This document shows, piece after piece, positions 49,790 to 63,713 of a DNA stretch of 64,000 bases; positions within the stretch are counted from its first letter, which is position 1; every line of letters begins with the position of its first letter. The DNA is from Marsupella aquatica (lineage: Eukaryota; Plantae; Marchantiophyta), in NCBI GenBank assembly GCA_973895155.1, contig OZ316892.1:13139170-13203169 (forward strand), given 5' to 3'. The translations under genes were made by a program, and so were the position numbers. Under the pieces are notes generated by a model. The model had not been told where the DNA came from and made no database searches. It saw only the letters and a program-made list of their open reading frames with translations.

Positions 49790-50435
49790 AGTAAGAAAAG
49801 AGATCATGATTTACTGAATCCTTCTTGGTTTCCAATGAGCATCACATTGGTAACTTTAGTCAAGTACTAAGGAGACAATGAGTATCAAATTTTCTAGGTT
49901 TTCACTAAGTCTCACATTGGCAGATTTTGTCAAGTACCAATGAATTTCTGAAATTGTGTACCTTTCCCATAAGGGTGACCTATAGAGATTTTGTCAAGTT
50001 CTACAAAGATCATGAGTTCATGAATTCTTCTAGCTTTTCAACTTTGAGTGAGATTGACAAATTTTATGTCAGATTTTGTCAAGTACATAAGAATGTCATG
50101 AATCTCTCTAATTTTCTAAAGTGTGACATTGAGAGTTTTTGTCAAGTACTAAAGAGATCATGAGTTTCTAAATTTCTCTAGCTTTCCAATGAACCTAACA
50201 TTGATAGATTTTGTCAAGTACCAAGGACATTACGAGTTTTTTTTCTAGCTTTCCAACAAACTTAACATTGATAGATTTTGTCCAATACTTAGTAGATAAT
50301 AAGTTTCTAATTTCTCTATGTTTTTAGTGAGTGTGACATTGGCAAATATTATTAAGTAGTGATGAGTTTCTAAATTCCTCTTAGTAGCTTTCCAATGAAT
50401 CTACCATTGACAATTTTGTCAAGTACTAAGAAGAT
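49790..50435. repeat. Degenerate AT-rich minisatellite, ~68-bp unit, about 9 copies
   Basis: The anchor GATTTTGTCAAGTAC recurs at roughly 63-85 bp spacing (~49856, 49923, 49987, 50072, 50135, 50207, 50275, 50345, 50412), with CATGAGTTTCTAA/CTAGCTTTCCAATGA motifs between anchors. Confidence 0.85.
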
Positions 50436-50924
50436 TGATATTTACTTTGCTTTGCACTCCGAAACCCAAGAGGTCCTAACTATTTATATTTTTGTTGGTT
50501 GGTTTTAGCAAATGAATGCAAAAAATAAAAATATATAAGTATTTACGGACCCCATGAGAGGTCCCTTCCAAAATTCCTGGCACCATAGTGTGTCATGTCA
50601 ACAACAACCACAACAACAAGACTTATCAATTTTGTGAATCAAATTTATAGTTTTTATTCGTGTTTGTGTCAATGTGGGTGTAAATTTTGGGACACCATGC
50701 CGTAAAAAGAAAAGTGAAAAATTAGAAATGCAAAGAGCAAGACTATTTAAACTGTCACTGTCTATGTAATCGTTTTAGTTACATATCCAATTTTAAAACT
50801 TAAATTCAAAGATTTAAAAAGCATTTTTCATATAACAAATAATGACTTGATAACTTACTTGTTAAAGGGTAATTGGCACTTGGAGTAAGATTTCCTCCCC
50901 TTTGCAATTAAGGTAAACTGTTAG

Positions 50925-51322
50925 CCATGGTCCGAACTTGAACTCGATGAATTGATACAATTTATTTGATAGAACAGACATTGATCTGGTTTCAAATGCA
51001 CTTGCCACAGATTGAATTTTGACTCTCTTAGCTCGATAACCACGCTGTCCAGCCTGCAAAGGAAAGTATTCCTATGGCAGTTGAAGGAATGCCAAACTGC
51101 CAACTATGGTCCAAACTTGAACTCAATGAACTGATACAATTCATTTGATCAAACATTCATCTAATTTTCAAATGGACTTGTCATGGATTGAATTATAACT
51201 CTCTTAGCTTGAGAATTTGGTTGCATGTAGCAAAAAGACATGATTTTGACAATTGCTTGTGATAACCACGGTATGAACTCCGGCCTGCAAAGCAAAGTGC
51301 GGCAGTTGAAGGAATGCCAAAT
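50925..51322. repeat. Diverged ~180-bp tandem duplication
   Basis: ATGGTCC.AACTTGAACTC.ATGAA.TGATACAATT.ATTTGAT...ACTCTCTTAGCT at ~50927 and ~51106; GGCAGTTGAAGGAATGCCAAA at ~51076 and ~51301. Confidence 0.8.
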
Positions 51323-53583
51323 TGCTCAAGCCATTGGTGAATGGGTCCACAATGATTTTGTGAAAAAATCTAATCTAAACAATACAAACTGTAAAATCTA
51401 TCCTACTTGTCCAACACAACATGACTACCAGCTTCCCTTTTTAATCAAACTTCTCTCTTCTCTAAGCTTAAGCTCTGCCTTTCTCCATTTGGTGAATAGT
51501 TACATTAAGGTGATGAGGCTATTAACCTCTAATTCAAAACTTGCCAAAGCCGGATTGAAGTGAAATCTCCAGAATTTCCAATTATTTGAAATTACATTGA
51601 CAAATGGGGCAAGTACACATCTTCTACAAACATGACTAAGCTACTAGAAAACTTAGGGTTTGTTGTTGAGAAAAGCAAGGAGAAAAGTAGACTTCTCAAT
51701 TAGGCAAGGGGTCCATGAACTAATTTAATGTGAAAAGTTGATATATCATTGAAGATACATCAAAATGGTAACTATGTTTTACCCAATTGTTTGTTGTTCT
51801 AAAACTTACTTTTCTAATTTTTGATTGTTTTACTCTTACTGAGTATAATTGTTTTTGGTTAGTACCTTGCATCAACACTAATAGTTCTGTTTATTTCTTG
51901 TAGAGAACATCATTGTTCCTGTTTGTGACTGAACTTGATGATATGGCTCAACGTGGCAGTAAAGATTTTGGTAGGAGCTTCCCCATGGGGCCTGTAAATA
52001 GATACTCTTAGACCTCTATATTAACTCCCGGATATGGGGGTACTTTGGGCAATTCCTAAACCTGATCAAAGGGTTAGTGTTCAATGTACTAAATATAGGA
52101 AATTTGCAAATACCTACCAAGATCCAATTGGCCTATAGTGAAGGAGAGAAAGCTAGTCCACCAATTACACTGATTTTGGGGATTCCCACACTATCCAATC
52201 TTCCCCACAACCTAGACAAAACTTTCCACCAGCACCATTTCCGAACGGCGATGTAAACCTCCCATTGCATCAGCAGGAGAGTGTCCACCTAGGGCTTATA
52301 CACAGAACAGCCAATTTTCCCACTTCACCCTGGGAGAATTGATTCGAAAAGTGCTCTGTATGAGAAACAATTGAGAGCCTTAGTCAGAACCAAAACACTT
52401 GCAATGCATCAATGGAATTGTGTAAAGCTCCTCCGTGCAGAATCCCCTTTTTCACGGTCTGGCTAGGGTTAGGTCATGTCAATTGTTTTGCTCTGTTCTC
52501 TCGATATGGTGGGTACCAGTAGGGCCAGAGAGTCTTTCTCCGTTGCCCAATTGTTCATATGTCGGGTACTAGCCATGGTCCCCTTCTTCAAAATCAAATT
52601 GTGTACCTTGACAATGACACTGCTGTGGTCTCTCAATCTGCAATTTCTGCACTACAAGCCTCAGCACTGCCGAAAACACTGATGCTTTGAGCCATGCTGA
52701 AGTGGATGGTGAGAGCTTTTGTCCCGAAACCTACAGCATAACAAAACCTGGCATAACAAAACCTCAGGATAGCTACATTTCTTACGGCTCACCTCAGAAA
52801 GATTATGCCTATGGTATCTCAGAACCTCAAACCGGCTACTTATCGCAATGCTTTCGGCCACACTTCCTCCCTAGCAGACGATATTGTCCAAATCCTGTAG
52901 GATTATAAAGCCTTGGCACAGCTAAATGTTTCAATACTTTAGGTAAGCTTCCACTAAGTGTGGAAGCTTTTGTCACAGACTACACCACTGTTGAGATGGA
53001 ATAGTATTGCAGTACATTCTGCTTCAGAAACAACAAGCAACATTAGCTTACTGCGCTAAATTGTTGATCGGACCCCAGTAGAAAACGTCACTGGGAAACG
53101 AATCTTCCAACTACTGCAGAGGCCCCGGAAGTTTCCCACAATCTGCATACATAAAAAGCTAGGTACATACTCATACAAGCACGGACACACAAAAAATGTT
53201 TCGAAACTAACACATGATGTGAGGAAATGAGCTTCGTGTGATCACACTAGGTGTAAGAATGGTGTGGATTGGATCTTCTTATCAGCCATGAAGCTCAGTG
53301 TCTGACAACACGCAAGTTTAGGTGGGCTTTTGGACAGGAACCAAAATAGCTATAATTATCAAAGACAGTACTTCCCACTTGGTCCCTTCATGCTTCAATG
53401 CTATTTAGTGTACACTAACCGCGGCCTTCTTTCAACAAGTATCCTACATGATCTGAGACTTTGCTTACCAGACATCAAAACTAACACCTTAATTGCTTCT
53501 GTAACTAGTAATGCATTGAGAGATGATCAAATCTGGGGATCATCCAGAAATATTTTAATTGCCTTTATAAAACAGAAGCATCA

Positions 53584-56500
53584 TCAGTCAGAATCTGGAT
53601 CCCCATCAATTATATCCGGTAGTACTCCATCAGAATCTGACTCGGTTCCAATATCTACTGCACTGTTTGAGAAGGAAAAGGTGCCAATTCCAGGCGCCTT
53701 GGGCCTCGCTAATCTAGGTGATCCACCATCTAAATAATCACCAGTTTCTATAGTATTGTCACCTGCATCCATTTCTCCTGAGGCAACATTAATGTTATCT
53801 GCCTTATTCGCTAAGCCGTTCTTTGAGTAACCTAAGCTATGCAGTTGAGAGATTGAAAGAATATTTGGTTTACTGGGTGATGGGCAATCATCACCCCTCC
53901 CGGTCACTTGTAGAGATAAAGACGATACACCAAGCGCACTAGGTACGCCTGGGTCTTTCTGAGAATCCTGCTCACGTGTGGTTGGAGGAAGCTCAACTCC
54001 ATGACTTTCTTCATTCTTCAACAAAGATTCCTCAAGCGCGCCAGTGGACGTTTTATTCTCTTCATATGATCTTACAAAGTTTTCTCCATCCCGCAAGGTT
54101 TTCCCCATTGCTGGACTACCGCAACCATTGGAAAATTGTTCCTTGGAACCATAATAGCCACCTCCAGAGGCGCCCACATGTCGGTCCAAACTCCCATTGA
54201 ACTCATCCACAAGAATGTTATCATCTTCATACAAGAGGCCATCGTCCTCGCCAAAGTCCTCTCCATAGCCCAACCAGGTGTCAACTTCAGCCCAAGGATC
54301 CATTGCAATCTGGCCTACTTTTAAAGTCGGGGGGGCAACAGAACCTGTAAAGTTGATATTTGCCACAGTTGTTGGGACCACTGAAATAGTCCCAGCAGTT
54401 GTGGGATGTTTCCCAGGTCTCGGCAGGTGTGGAACTAAGGTACCTGTAGAAACAGCTCTGCCTGCAGCAAACCCAGCTGAAGTCGCACCCAGAGGTGGAA
54501 GGCAACGAGGGTGAATGAGAGGTTCCAAAGCGAGAAGAGCGTGTGCTGATATTTCTGCCACATCTGAACCTGCTTCTTGTCGTCCTGCAAAGAATGATGC
54601 ACTTTATAATAAGTACAAAAGAATGATGCACTTTATAATAAGTACAAAATTGCATGGAGAGGATCAACATATCTTACATTAAAATACATAGGTCTTGCTT
54701 TGTTGTCATCAGTACTACTCTCACTCGATCACAAACGAGTATTAGGAATGGTCAGTGAAAGGAATGACCGTATGGGTGGATCGCAGAACCAAAGAGTAAT
54801 CAAGCAAACAAAGAGTAATCAGAGAGGGGTTCCATGGGCCTATTTACGGCTTCGAATACTTTCGGGGTTAGAACCCGAGTAGCAAAAACAATGCTGGGAG
54901 GGATTACCTTTTCTGAAGATTGCCAATCCTTGAGCAAGATATGGTGGTCGATGACAGCATGGAGAAAGAAGTGAAGCCAACAATGCTCGGTAGGCAGCCA
55001 CCTGAAATTCTGTTGAAGAGAAAGAAGTGGTCCCTTCCATATATGTGCTATCGTCGTCAAAAATAAGGCTTGCACATCTTGTGCCCGTCGCTGCTCCCAT
55101 GGCCACACTGGCCACAACTCCATCTACTTCTGCTCTCCAACGGTCAGGTAACAAAGCACCCCCCTGTTCCAAGAAAACAATTCAGTAAACAATTATGTGA
55201 CAGGCTTATCCTAAGCAACTCCCGTGCTGGTCAATAAAAAAATCTGGACCACTCTAGACTATCAACGCGGAGAGAAGAACAAAGTCGTTTGCGATGAACC
55301 TAAGCGTCAAAAACCCGTGACTGAATATCTACCGTACTGTAGATCATAACATGAAAAAATCTTGTTACAACGTCTCTCGAATATACAAGGTCGTTCTAAT
55401 ATGAACAATAATAAGTAACTGTTCTCATGCAACTTGTTCCCTTTCCAGACCAAAAAACAAAAGGGTCTTAAACCTGAACGAATACAAGCTGTACTGCTCT
55501 ACCGCAACTAAGAACCGCGACTCAAAAGAAACTTACACAGGTGAGAAGGGCATCGAGTGCTCTCAAGGCAGCAATTTGAACCGCGACTGTCGCAGTACCT
55601 TCAGCAACATTCGAGAGATTTTCTGTAGCACCATTACTTTGATGATCATTGGGCTGACCACCAGGATCTTTCCGCTTGCGAAGGTTGACTGTTTGTCCAT
55701 TCCACGCTCCAGGGGTCCACCCTGACACATTTGACCTTGGAGTCCGTGCTGACTTGGGAGATAATACAGATGTACCAAGTGTTGACCCTTTCAAGTCTGC
55801 CAAGGCGCTCCCTACAACAGCTGGTGCTAGTGCAGATGCCATCCCTGATGTTTCATCTCAATTAAGTCAATAGGAGTTTGAAAGATTTAGAGCCCAGAAT
55901 CAATCATATTCCCCAATTAATCAAAAGATATCTCGAAGACATACGATCAAGTGCTGGTCATCAGAGAATCAACGAATGAATTCCTACAAGGATCTACGGA
56001 TACTGACGCGCTAACTGTGTGTTTTTTATGGCAATTGAGATTCAGATCTGCAATTGGATTGGGATGATAAAACTTGAGGAAGTTCCCGGAGCAACCCTTT
56101 CAACTCAGACTGTACTCATCAATTATTACATTATTACATTATTACAGCTTACATCTCAAGCGCAATAGCTGAATTTCTACCTGCCCCCATGGCCATAAAA
56201 AGCTGTCGAGCAAAATCATAAAGTTTAATCCGTAAAACTGGTGTAGCTGCTCCACAACGTCGGAAGTATTCCGATACAAGGCGCACAACATCACCTCCGT
56301 GAGGTAGCAGCTGACTGCAAAATTTCCCACTTTAGAATCAGGAACTGTACTGGAAATAGCTGGATTCAGAAAACACATCTAAAAAAATGAGGTCGATTGG
56401 TTCTACAAATTGCACACAAGCAATCTACAGTAGGTGTAACCGAGGCGGGTGGATGTAGGCTGTCCAGCTGACTGTACCTGCGAACTCCACAAAGCACGGC

Positions 56501-59500
56501 AGTAAGAAGATCCAGTGCACTGAGATGAAGAGCTGGAATTTCCAAGCACAGAGACACTTGGTGGACACTAGACACGGGAGCACCAAGAGGAGGTGGGGTT
56601 GGTAGCCGTGATCCATCCACCCGTAACATTCTCATGGCCAGAGCCAATAAGGGACCGATTGGAACGGGGACCTTCAGCAAGAAAAAACAACAACAAAATA
56701 AGTGACATCAGTTGCATCCATTGATGTTAGTCACTGCAGAAATTCACCTTAAAAACTGGTAAGAATTAGGCCAGTAGTGACTGGGAGAGTCAATACTTAA
56801 CAAAGCAATCATAAAACCAGAACGAGTCCTATGAGGAATTGAAAGTGCATGAAAGATCAATGCGATGGGCTATTATCTGTAAAGCTAAGACAGACCGGAA
56901 CTGGGTAAGGATTGGTCAGCAAGTAGTGGCAGCACTGAAGAAGAGATCCAACACGAGGAACTAGCTGTTGCCAAAAACTTTTTGCAGCTTGGGCAGAGGC
57001 ATTTGCTGCCACTGAAGGTCCTCCTAAGGGCCATGGGGGATCCTGACCCGTAGGTAGTAAAGTTGCTAAGGCGTCTTCAGCACTCGCCGCTGCATGACAG
57101 AGTTGTTTTAGAATACTTAGTAGACTACAATTGGGTACATACCAGTGTTACTTTGGTCTTTACGGAATTACAGCTAGTTAGGAGCAAACTTTCAAATTCG
57201 TGGCCGTACAAAGCCCAAACATGCTTCCGGATGAGAAACAATGCATACCATCTTCCATCCCCGTAAATGCGTACTCCAGTTCTGTATTTATGGCAATTAA
57301 AATACGCCGAATCATTGAGCTCCATGTTGCTGCATCCCCATGTGCTTTTGGAAGAAGAGATAAAGACAGCGCACACTTCTGTAGAAACACAGCGGATTGG
57401 ATCACCATAACCGAATAGTGGCACTTTAAAAAAACTAGCGCTCCTATTCTATGATAAACAAGACACCTTGCGTGTGTGTTCATCAGTCAGTACTCAGAGA
57501 AAAAAACAGTCGTGTGCACCCCGAGAAATGATAGAGCATCAGAAGGTAGACAGTTTTTCCACCAATTTGACTGTTGCCGTGGAAGTTGGAAGGTTTTGTC
57601 AGAAAAGATCAGACTCACATGAGAGAGGGATGTGCTTTCAGCATCCATGAGCCGTGCCACCAGCAAGGACTCCAACTGTACACCTCATTCATTACTGACG
57701 TCAATAAGAAGTTTAACTCCAAACTGCAGCATATTGAGCGCTACTCTAAGAAAGGGAACAAAAATGGTGACGAGGCCCAAACCGAAGCAGTGAAGTCAAG
57801 GTTCGACAAATACATTGTTAGATTGCTGGCGAAGGCAGGCAGGAAAATATCGTAAAATAGCAGACAGCAGGTCGATCACCTCCTTCTGCTCCCCAAAGCA
57901 CACACAAATCATCCCTACAAACGTTTTAATACTTGCGACTGTTCAAAATATGGACTACATTATGCTGTCTTTAAAGGTGGCTAAGGTTTCCTTTCTCACA
58001 GCAACGTAGACCTTCAATTAAAAAACATGGATTGGTTGAATCTACAGCGTTCCACTGACCTGCAAAGTAACTCAGATGTTACAAAGGATCATAAAAGAAG
58101 AAGTAGAACACTAGAAGAAATCCCTCTTCATGCTCCCTAACCAGTGAAGACAAACCTGTCGCTGTGGCTAAATAGAGCACATCTGAATTGATAACTGTCA
58201 CTATCGTTCATCAACTCTAGGACCTTCCGCTCTGAAAGAGTTTATACACACCCATATGCCACTTGAATCTTTGTCACCCAGAATTTGAAGAATGGGCTGC
58301 ACCAGCTTCGATATCAGAGCTGCCCCATCGCGACGTACACCCGCATGTTCTACTAGAGTCCCCAATCTGAATCAGTTGCCAAAATATACATGTCAACCTA
58401 AAAATCTTTTCGGGGTGAGAAAACGTACGTATTGGAGCATCGTTTGAAGGAATTCCTCCAAATCATGTTCTAATATTTGGAGCCCTACTCCGACCAGGAT
58501 GTTAATGGCTACAGCATATCGGAAATGTGAAGTTGCTAAGAGTTTGCCGATACCAACATACGCAGCATGACCTCAAATAACCTCGAAATCTGATAGGTGA
58601 GTGCTCTCAAAAGTTCTGTTGCATCTAAAGCTGTCAGTGATGTATGTTACTTTATGATCGTGTAATGGTGTTACTGGAAGCCGCGTGGGACAATGCGCAT
58701 AGACATTTCAAGCAATGCAGACAGGAAGGGCATCAACCTGGTAAGCAGATCTGTCAGAGACGCACAAGCAGCTGCTCGAATGAACACAGAATCTGTGGAC
58801 TGCTGCGTTGTTAGGCATATCAAAGGATCAGGATATTGAAAACCATCTGACAAATAGCCAAGTAGATTCATTCAGGGCTTCCACTAAGAGGAGAAAGGGC
58901 AAATCATCCACAGAAATATTACTAGTTTGGAACTTGAACAGAAATAGACGACAGAGAATTGTGAGTACCGCGAAACAATTTAATGACCAAATAGAAGCAC
59001 AAGAAGTTTCCAGGCAACTTTGTGCCATTCAACACTTCATCAAGAGAAGCAGACACAGAAATGAATTAGAAAGAAGAACCTTCAACGGCAGTAGTAATTT
59101 TTGAAACCACAGAGTATAGAGCTCCAAAAAGCGTTGACGAGAGCATTCTTGGCACATCACTCCTAGAAGACATAAGCCCGCCCACCGGTTCTCTGCCTAT
59201 AACACACATAGCAGTCCAAGCTTCATCGCGGCACTCTCCATCTATTCAATTCTATCAACTGTAAACCGATAGAATGCGACGAAGACCGAGAGAAACGAGA
59301 CCTAAATGTCTCCAATATTGTACTCATGTTGGCAGAAGCGATCTAAATTCCAGATTCGAGCCTTTCCCAAGATAATACACATTGAGAAGATGAACGTCTA
59401 AGATGCAAGCCCTTTGTGTATCTAAAATGTATGGGATTCAGAAAAGAATATTTTCCAATCCCAGAGGGCACCAGAAAGCAAGGAAAGCGATGTGCGTGCT

Positions 59501-59821
59501 CCGTTTGCATCATTCATTCAGGGAGCAGAAGCCGAGGAATACACTTACCACCGTGCTGCACAGGAGACCCATAAGGTGATCAATCCATGCATCGACTGCT
59601 CCTTTTCTAGGATCGCTGGTCTTGCTCAGTCCTGCCGTTCCAGGAATTGGAGATTCAGAGAGAAGATGATGCCGCCGAATTGAAGCCACGGCTACAGAAA
59701 GCTGAGCTGGAGATCGCGGGAGCTGTTTCTCGTCTCGTAGATGAGCCATCATGATTGAATGTAGCAACCGTGGCTTCAGACGAGGATCATAAACGTTGAA
59801 CAAAGACTCTTCGGAAGCCAT
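53584..59821 (-). CDS. PELP1: PELP1 / Rix1-like (rixosome, pre-rRNA processing) protein, multi-exon
   Basis: Exon peptides: MASEESLFNVYDPRLKPRLLHSI...AVDAWIDHLMGLL; NRWAGLCLLGVMCQECSRQRFL..Y..WFQKL; AAACASLTDLLTR; CALSLSLLPKAHGDAATWSSMIRRIL; VPVPIGPLL...LHLSALDLL; VQIAALRALDALLT; AAYRALLASLLSP...PPYLAQGLAIF; HALLALEPLIHPRCLP. The acidic end LPDIIDGDPDSD* is typical of plant PELP1. The junctions checked are GT-AG. Confidence 0.9.
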
Positions 59822-61387
59822 CCTGCCGGATTCCTCAGATCAAGGAGCTGTTTATAGAAGATAGGTAGAGGTTGTAATGTAATTAGGTTGTCAACTTCGC
59901 ATTGCAGGTGCTGGTTGTGCGGATATTATCATCCTGTAGAGAAATCTCCCATTTGGATTCGGGACGCTCGTATTTGTAAACATCCGACGCTAGTGAGGTG
60001 TAGCAAAACAGAACCTCGTGGATCAGGTAAACCCGAGGCGAGAATTTAGGAGCACATTCTGTTTCTGGCACGGACACAGTTTCCCTTCACTTCCATTGAC
60101 GCAGTTTATTCTCTTGCCGGAATAATGTGTAGCAAAATATTTATCCCGGGAAAACTCCGTGAATGCCATCGTGATAACGAATCGCAACATAGTTACCCTA
60201 CTCGGCTGTTGAGTCCACAAAGGGTGCGACAGCGGATCTTGTTCTTACATCCAACGCCTGCTTCATTCTTCCAACTCACACACTTACCCACTCGCATAGA
60301 AAGAAAATCTCCCTACCCCTACACTCCGATTGGCCTCGTCTGCACAGAAGCGGAGAGTCCAGGAGACGCGGATTGTTCAAAAAAAGGTTCACAAATGCTC
60401 CTTTTTCTCTCCTTCAACTCCTCTCTATTTCTCATTCCCCCCAAAATCTTCAACGCGTATCTCAAGTGGTCAAATTCTTCGAGGTTTCTCGTGGCGTCAT
60501 AGCTTGCATCTCGAAAGTCGAAGGACCGGGTAGTTCAGTAGATATTACGGAGTACTTTCTCAGAGACTAACTTCCTATTCTTGACAATAAATGTCATCTA
60601 TCTATTCAGATAACTGTACATCTCCGCGCCCTCTAAACCAGCGGAAGCGTCTTCGACATAATAAGAAAGGGCAACGGAACAGAGCTCCTCCCTTGTTTTC
60701 AAAAGAAAAGTGAACGAGCTAGTCTTCTTTATTTTAACGGAACTGCCTTTACATTTTGTCTTCTCCTTTCCCCGTCCCGGCCCCCCTCCCCCTCCTCGAA
60801 TCATTTATTGCCCCACTTTGAAATCTAACTATACTGGCCTGAATGCCCATTCTTTTAATTTTATTTTGATAAAAATATAAAAATTATCAAACTAACATGT
60901 TTTATATCTCCTCATTCTTTCATACACATATTTCAATATGTGTGACCCCTAGAGTCACAGTCTAGATGCTTCACTCTAAAAAACCAAGACTTGAAGGCTA
61001 GTTTAGGATTGAGATTAGTTATATAGAGAATAGCTGCTTCTCTTGGGGGTCTATGGTCAGAGTGAAGTCTCTAGTCATTGACTCTTGGGGTGTAACCAAA
61101 GCTAGGGCTGCAAGTGAAAACAAGGAATGTTGCAGGGTGTGTCTCAAAAAATGGCAAGGGGGCTTGAATATAGTCATCTGCATTTGTTTTCAAGGACAGG
61201 CACTTGGGCTAGTTGACATAAGATGAGCACACAAGCCCCCCTTGAAAACAAAATTGCCTAATTTACCCTTTGGTTCTCAACCATCCATGCATACCATTGT
61301 GATGCCCAAGTCTGATACGAATAACATTCATCCATCTAATGAAAAACAATTATTGTACCCTTTAGGAGGGATCAATTGTTCCCATTT

Positions 61388-61422
61388 TGGGCTCACCTGC
61401 CCAACTAAACCCTAAACCCTAA
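61388..61422. promoter_or_regulatory. Site II motif (TGGGCT) next to tandem telo-box / telomere-like CCCTAAA units
   Basis: TGGGCT at 61388-61393 and CTAAACCCTAAACCCTAA at 61405-61422, upstream of the PELP1-like gene. Confidence 0.35.
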
Positions 61423-63502
61423 GCCACATGACAAGCATTTGGAAAGGTTGTATTGTTGAACAACCACTAGAATGATATTCCTCATGCAATGCATGCGTGG
61501 CAGAAATATTGCTGTGGGCAGAGTGTACTTTCTGGCAATGATTCACTTCTTGACCAAGGACTGAAAAGGTAAGGGCCAGGAATATATACCCTCTTGATAA
61601 CAGATAAAGAGGACTGATCCTTCAGATGAACAGAATATTGAACAGAGGGATGAACATTAAATATGAAAGACTTATGTTGAGCCATCTTCACAATCATCTT
61701 GTCACGTTTTGGTTTTTTAAAGATCACAAGCGAGAGTATGGTTGACCTATTGATCTGAGAGAAAGGGATTTGGTGCAGAGGGATGGACCCTGCAATCTGA
61801 AGCCGCACATTGAGGGTGAGCTAGCAGAGGTAAAGTGTTCCCACTAGGTTGAGACAATGTTTTAGGTTGCTGCCAATTTTTAAAAGTTTCGGCCAAAACC
61901 ATTCAATTTATCCGCTGTTTAACCCCACTACATAGGATGAGGATTTGGATCTAAGGCGGGGCCTGGTCCGAGGGCCTCTCCCCCCCCTGGTCCTCACATG
62001 AGAAAGAGAAAGGGATGCCACAGGCCCACATGAAAGTAGTGGCATATATAGGTAGGCACATAGTGCCTGGTATCTTTGATTAAATACTAGGAAGTACCCA
62101 TGTAGCATAGTATCTAATCAGAGCTCCAGCCTCCATCTAGGTGATTTGCCAAGATGACATAACCTATGGGTACTAGGTAGGCCCATTCCATTTTGTACAT
62201 ACCGGTATGTTCCCCTTTTTCAACATGATATTTAAACCACATGTTTTGAGCATTATGTATGTACCCTAGTTGTTGGATGTAACCATAAACCCTAACCCTA
62301 TAGACCCTTAAATAACAACTCCTTGAAACCTTGTAGTCCACCTCCAAATCATTTTAATAGTTCATTTATAATTTGTTCTCCTTAGCATCCATAGGTCAGT
62401 TACTCTGCCTCCCTTTCGGATTAAATTTGGCTGCCGCCACCCTATATGTGCTCTATCTCTATGGGCATATTTACTCTTGCTTGGCCCTGCATGCCAAGCT
62501 TTGTATATGGGCATTTGGTGGGGTCCAGGCATGCAATTGCTCCAAGCATTGCATCTAGTGCGGACCTTACCACATGGAACTCGCGACTACTTGTGCTGCA
62601 GACTACGATTTCCGTGAAGCCTAGGGTGTTCATTGTTGTGTTATTCTCTCTCGTTGACCCGATCCTTCCCTTCCGAAACCCTTATTTAGCCTTTCCCAGT
62701 GAAGGGCAGACATAACTATTAAGTCTTAGAGCCCTCACTCTGCTCAAGAATCTCTGAATTAGTCGATCTAGATTGCATTGTACCATCCAGACCTCTACAC
62801 CGTGATACAGTATAGCTCTGACCATGCATTGTACACAGGGTATGCGTCACATTCCAAGTGCATAAGAAATCTTTTATGCACTTTCCCAATTATGGCATGT
62901 ATGCATTGAGCAAACTTTTTTTTTAATATTTTAATAGAAGTTTTTTGTCAATTTAATGAGTACGTTGCATCTGTGGCGTCATTTATTTTCTTCCAACCCC
63001 ATCACACACAAATAAATATAGAGTTTGTTTTGGATTTAGCGGAAGACATTTAATTTTTTGGGGAAGAAAATTAGGGATCTCCTTATCCAATTTTGAGGGT
63101 TTTAAATAAAGATGTGGGGTTTAGACCAAATTTTGGAATGTTCCTAAAATATCCCCCAAAAAAGGTTTAAAATATATACTTTAGAAAACTTTTTGTTCTT
63201 CTGTTTTAGGGTGAAATGGGACCCCTATTAGAGTGGGACTCTCCAGTGTTGTCCTAAAGCAATTCTGAGGACGAACTGAACAAAGTGCGTGAACCCATGA
63301 CCAGAGCAAAAAGGCATCCATAGACACCTTAACACAATTGGGCACAAAACAACACACCCTAAGGCCACTATGGTCAAAACCTTGGGACGGGTATGGGTCC
63401 TAGTTAGCCACCCTATAATGGCAAATGGATCCAACTATAGCCCCACATGTAGTGCTTAGTGTGGTCATCCTAGTGGATGAACCGCCTTTGAATACTAAAA
63501 TA

Positions 63503-63713
63503 GGCCATGCTCAAAGGGTTCTTCCACCTAGCTTGTAGTAGTTGCATCTAAGAGAAGAGAAATTACTCTAGAATAGAGTGGGGGTAACTATCACTACACC
63601 TCTTGAGAAATAAAAGTGGCCATGATAAAAGGGTTCTTCCACCCAGCTTGTAACAGTTGCATATAAGAGGAGAGAAACTCCTCTACAATAGAGTGGGAGT
63701 AACTATCACTACA
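63503..63713. repeat. Tandem duplication of ~115 bp
   Basis: GGCCATG..AAAGGGTTCTTCCACC.AGCTTGTA..AGTTGCAT.TAAGAG.AGAGAAA.T.CTCTA.AATAGAGTGGG.GTAACTATCACTACA at ~63503 and ~63618. Confidence 0.88.

Noticed and set aside
49790-50435. Regularly spaced GATTTTGTCAAGTAC motif, superficially CRISPR-like
   Set aside because: The 'spacers' are homologous to each other, the repeats are degenerate, there are no cas genes and the context is eukaryotic. It is a minisatellite.
60125-60502. 125-aa plus-strand ORF
   Set aside because: It is antisense to the probable PELP1 5' leader and has no recognisable protein features.
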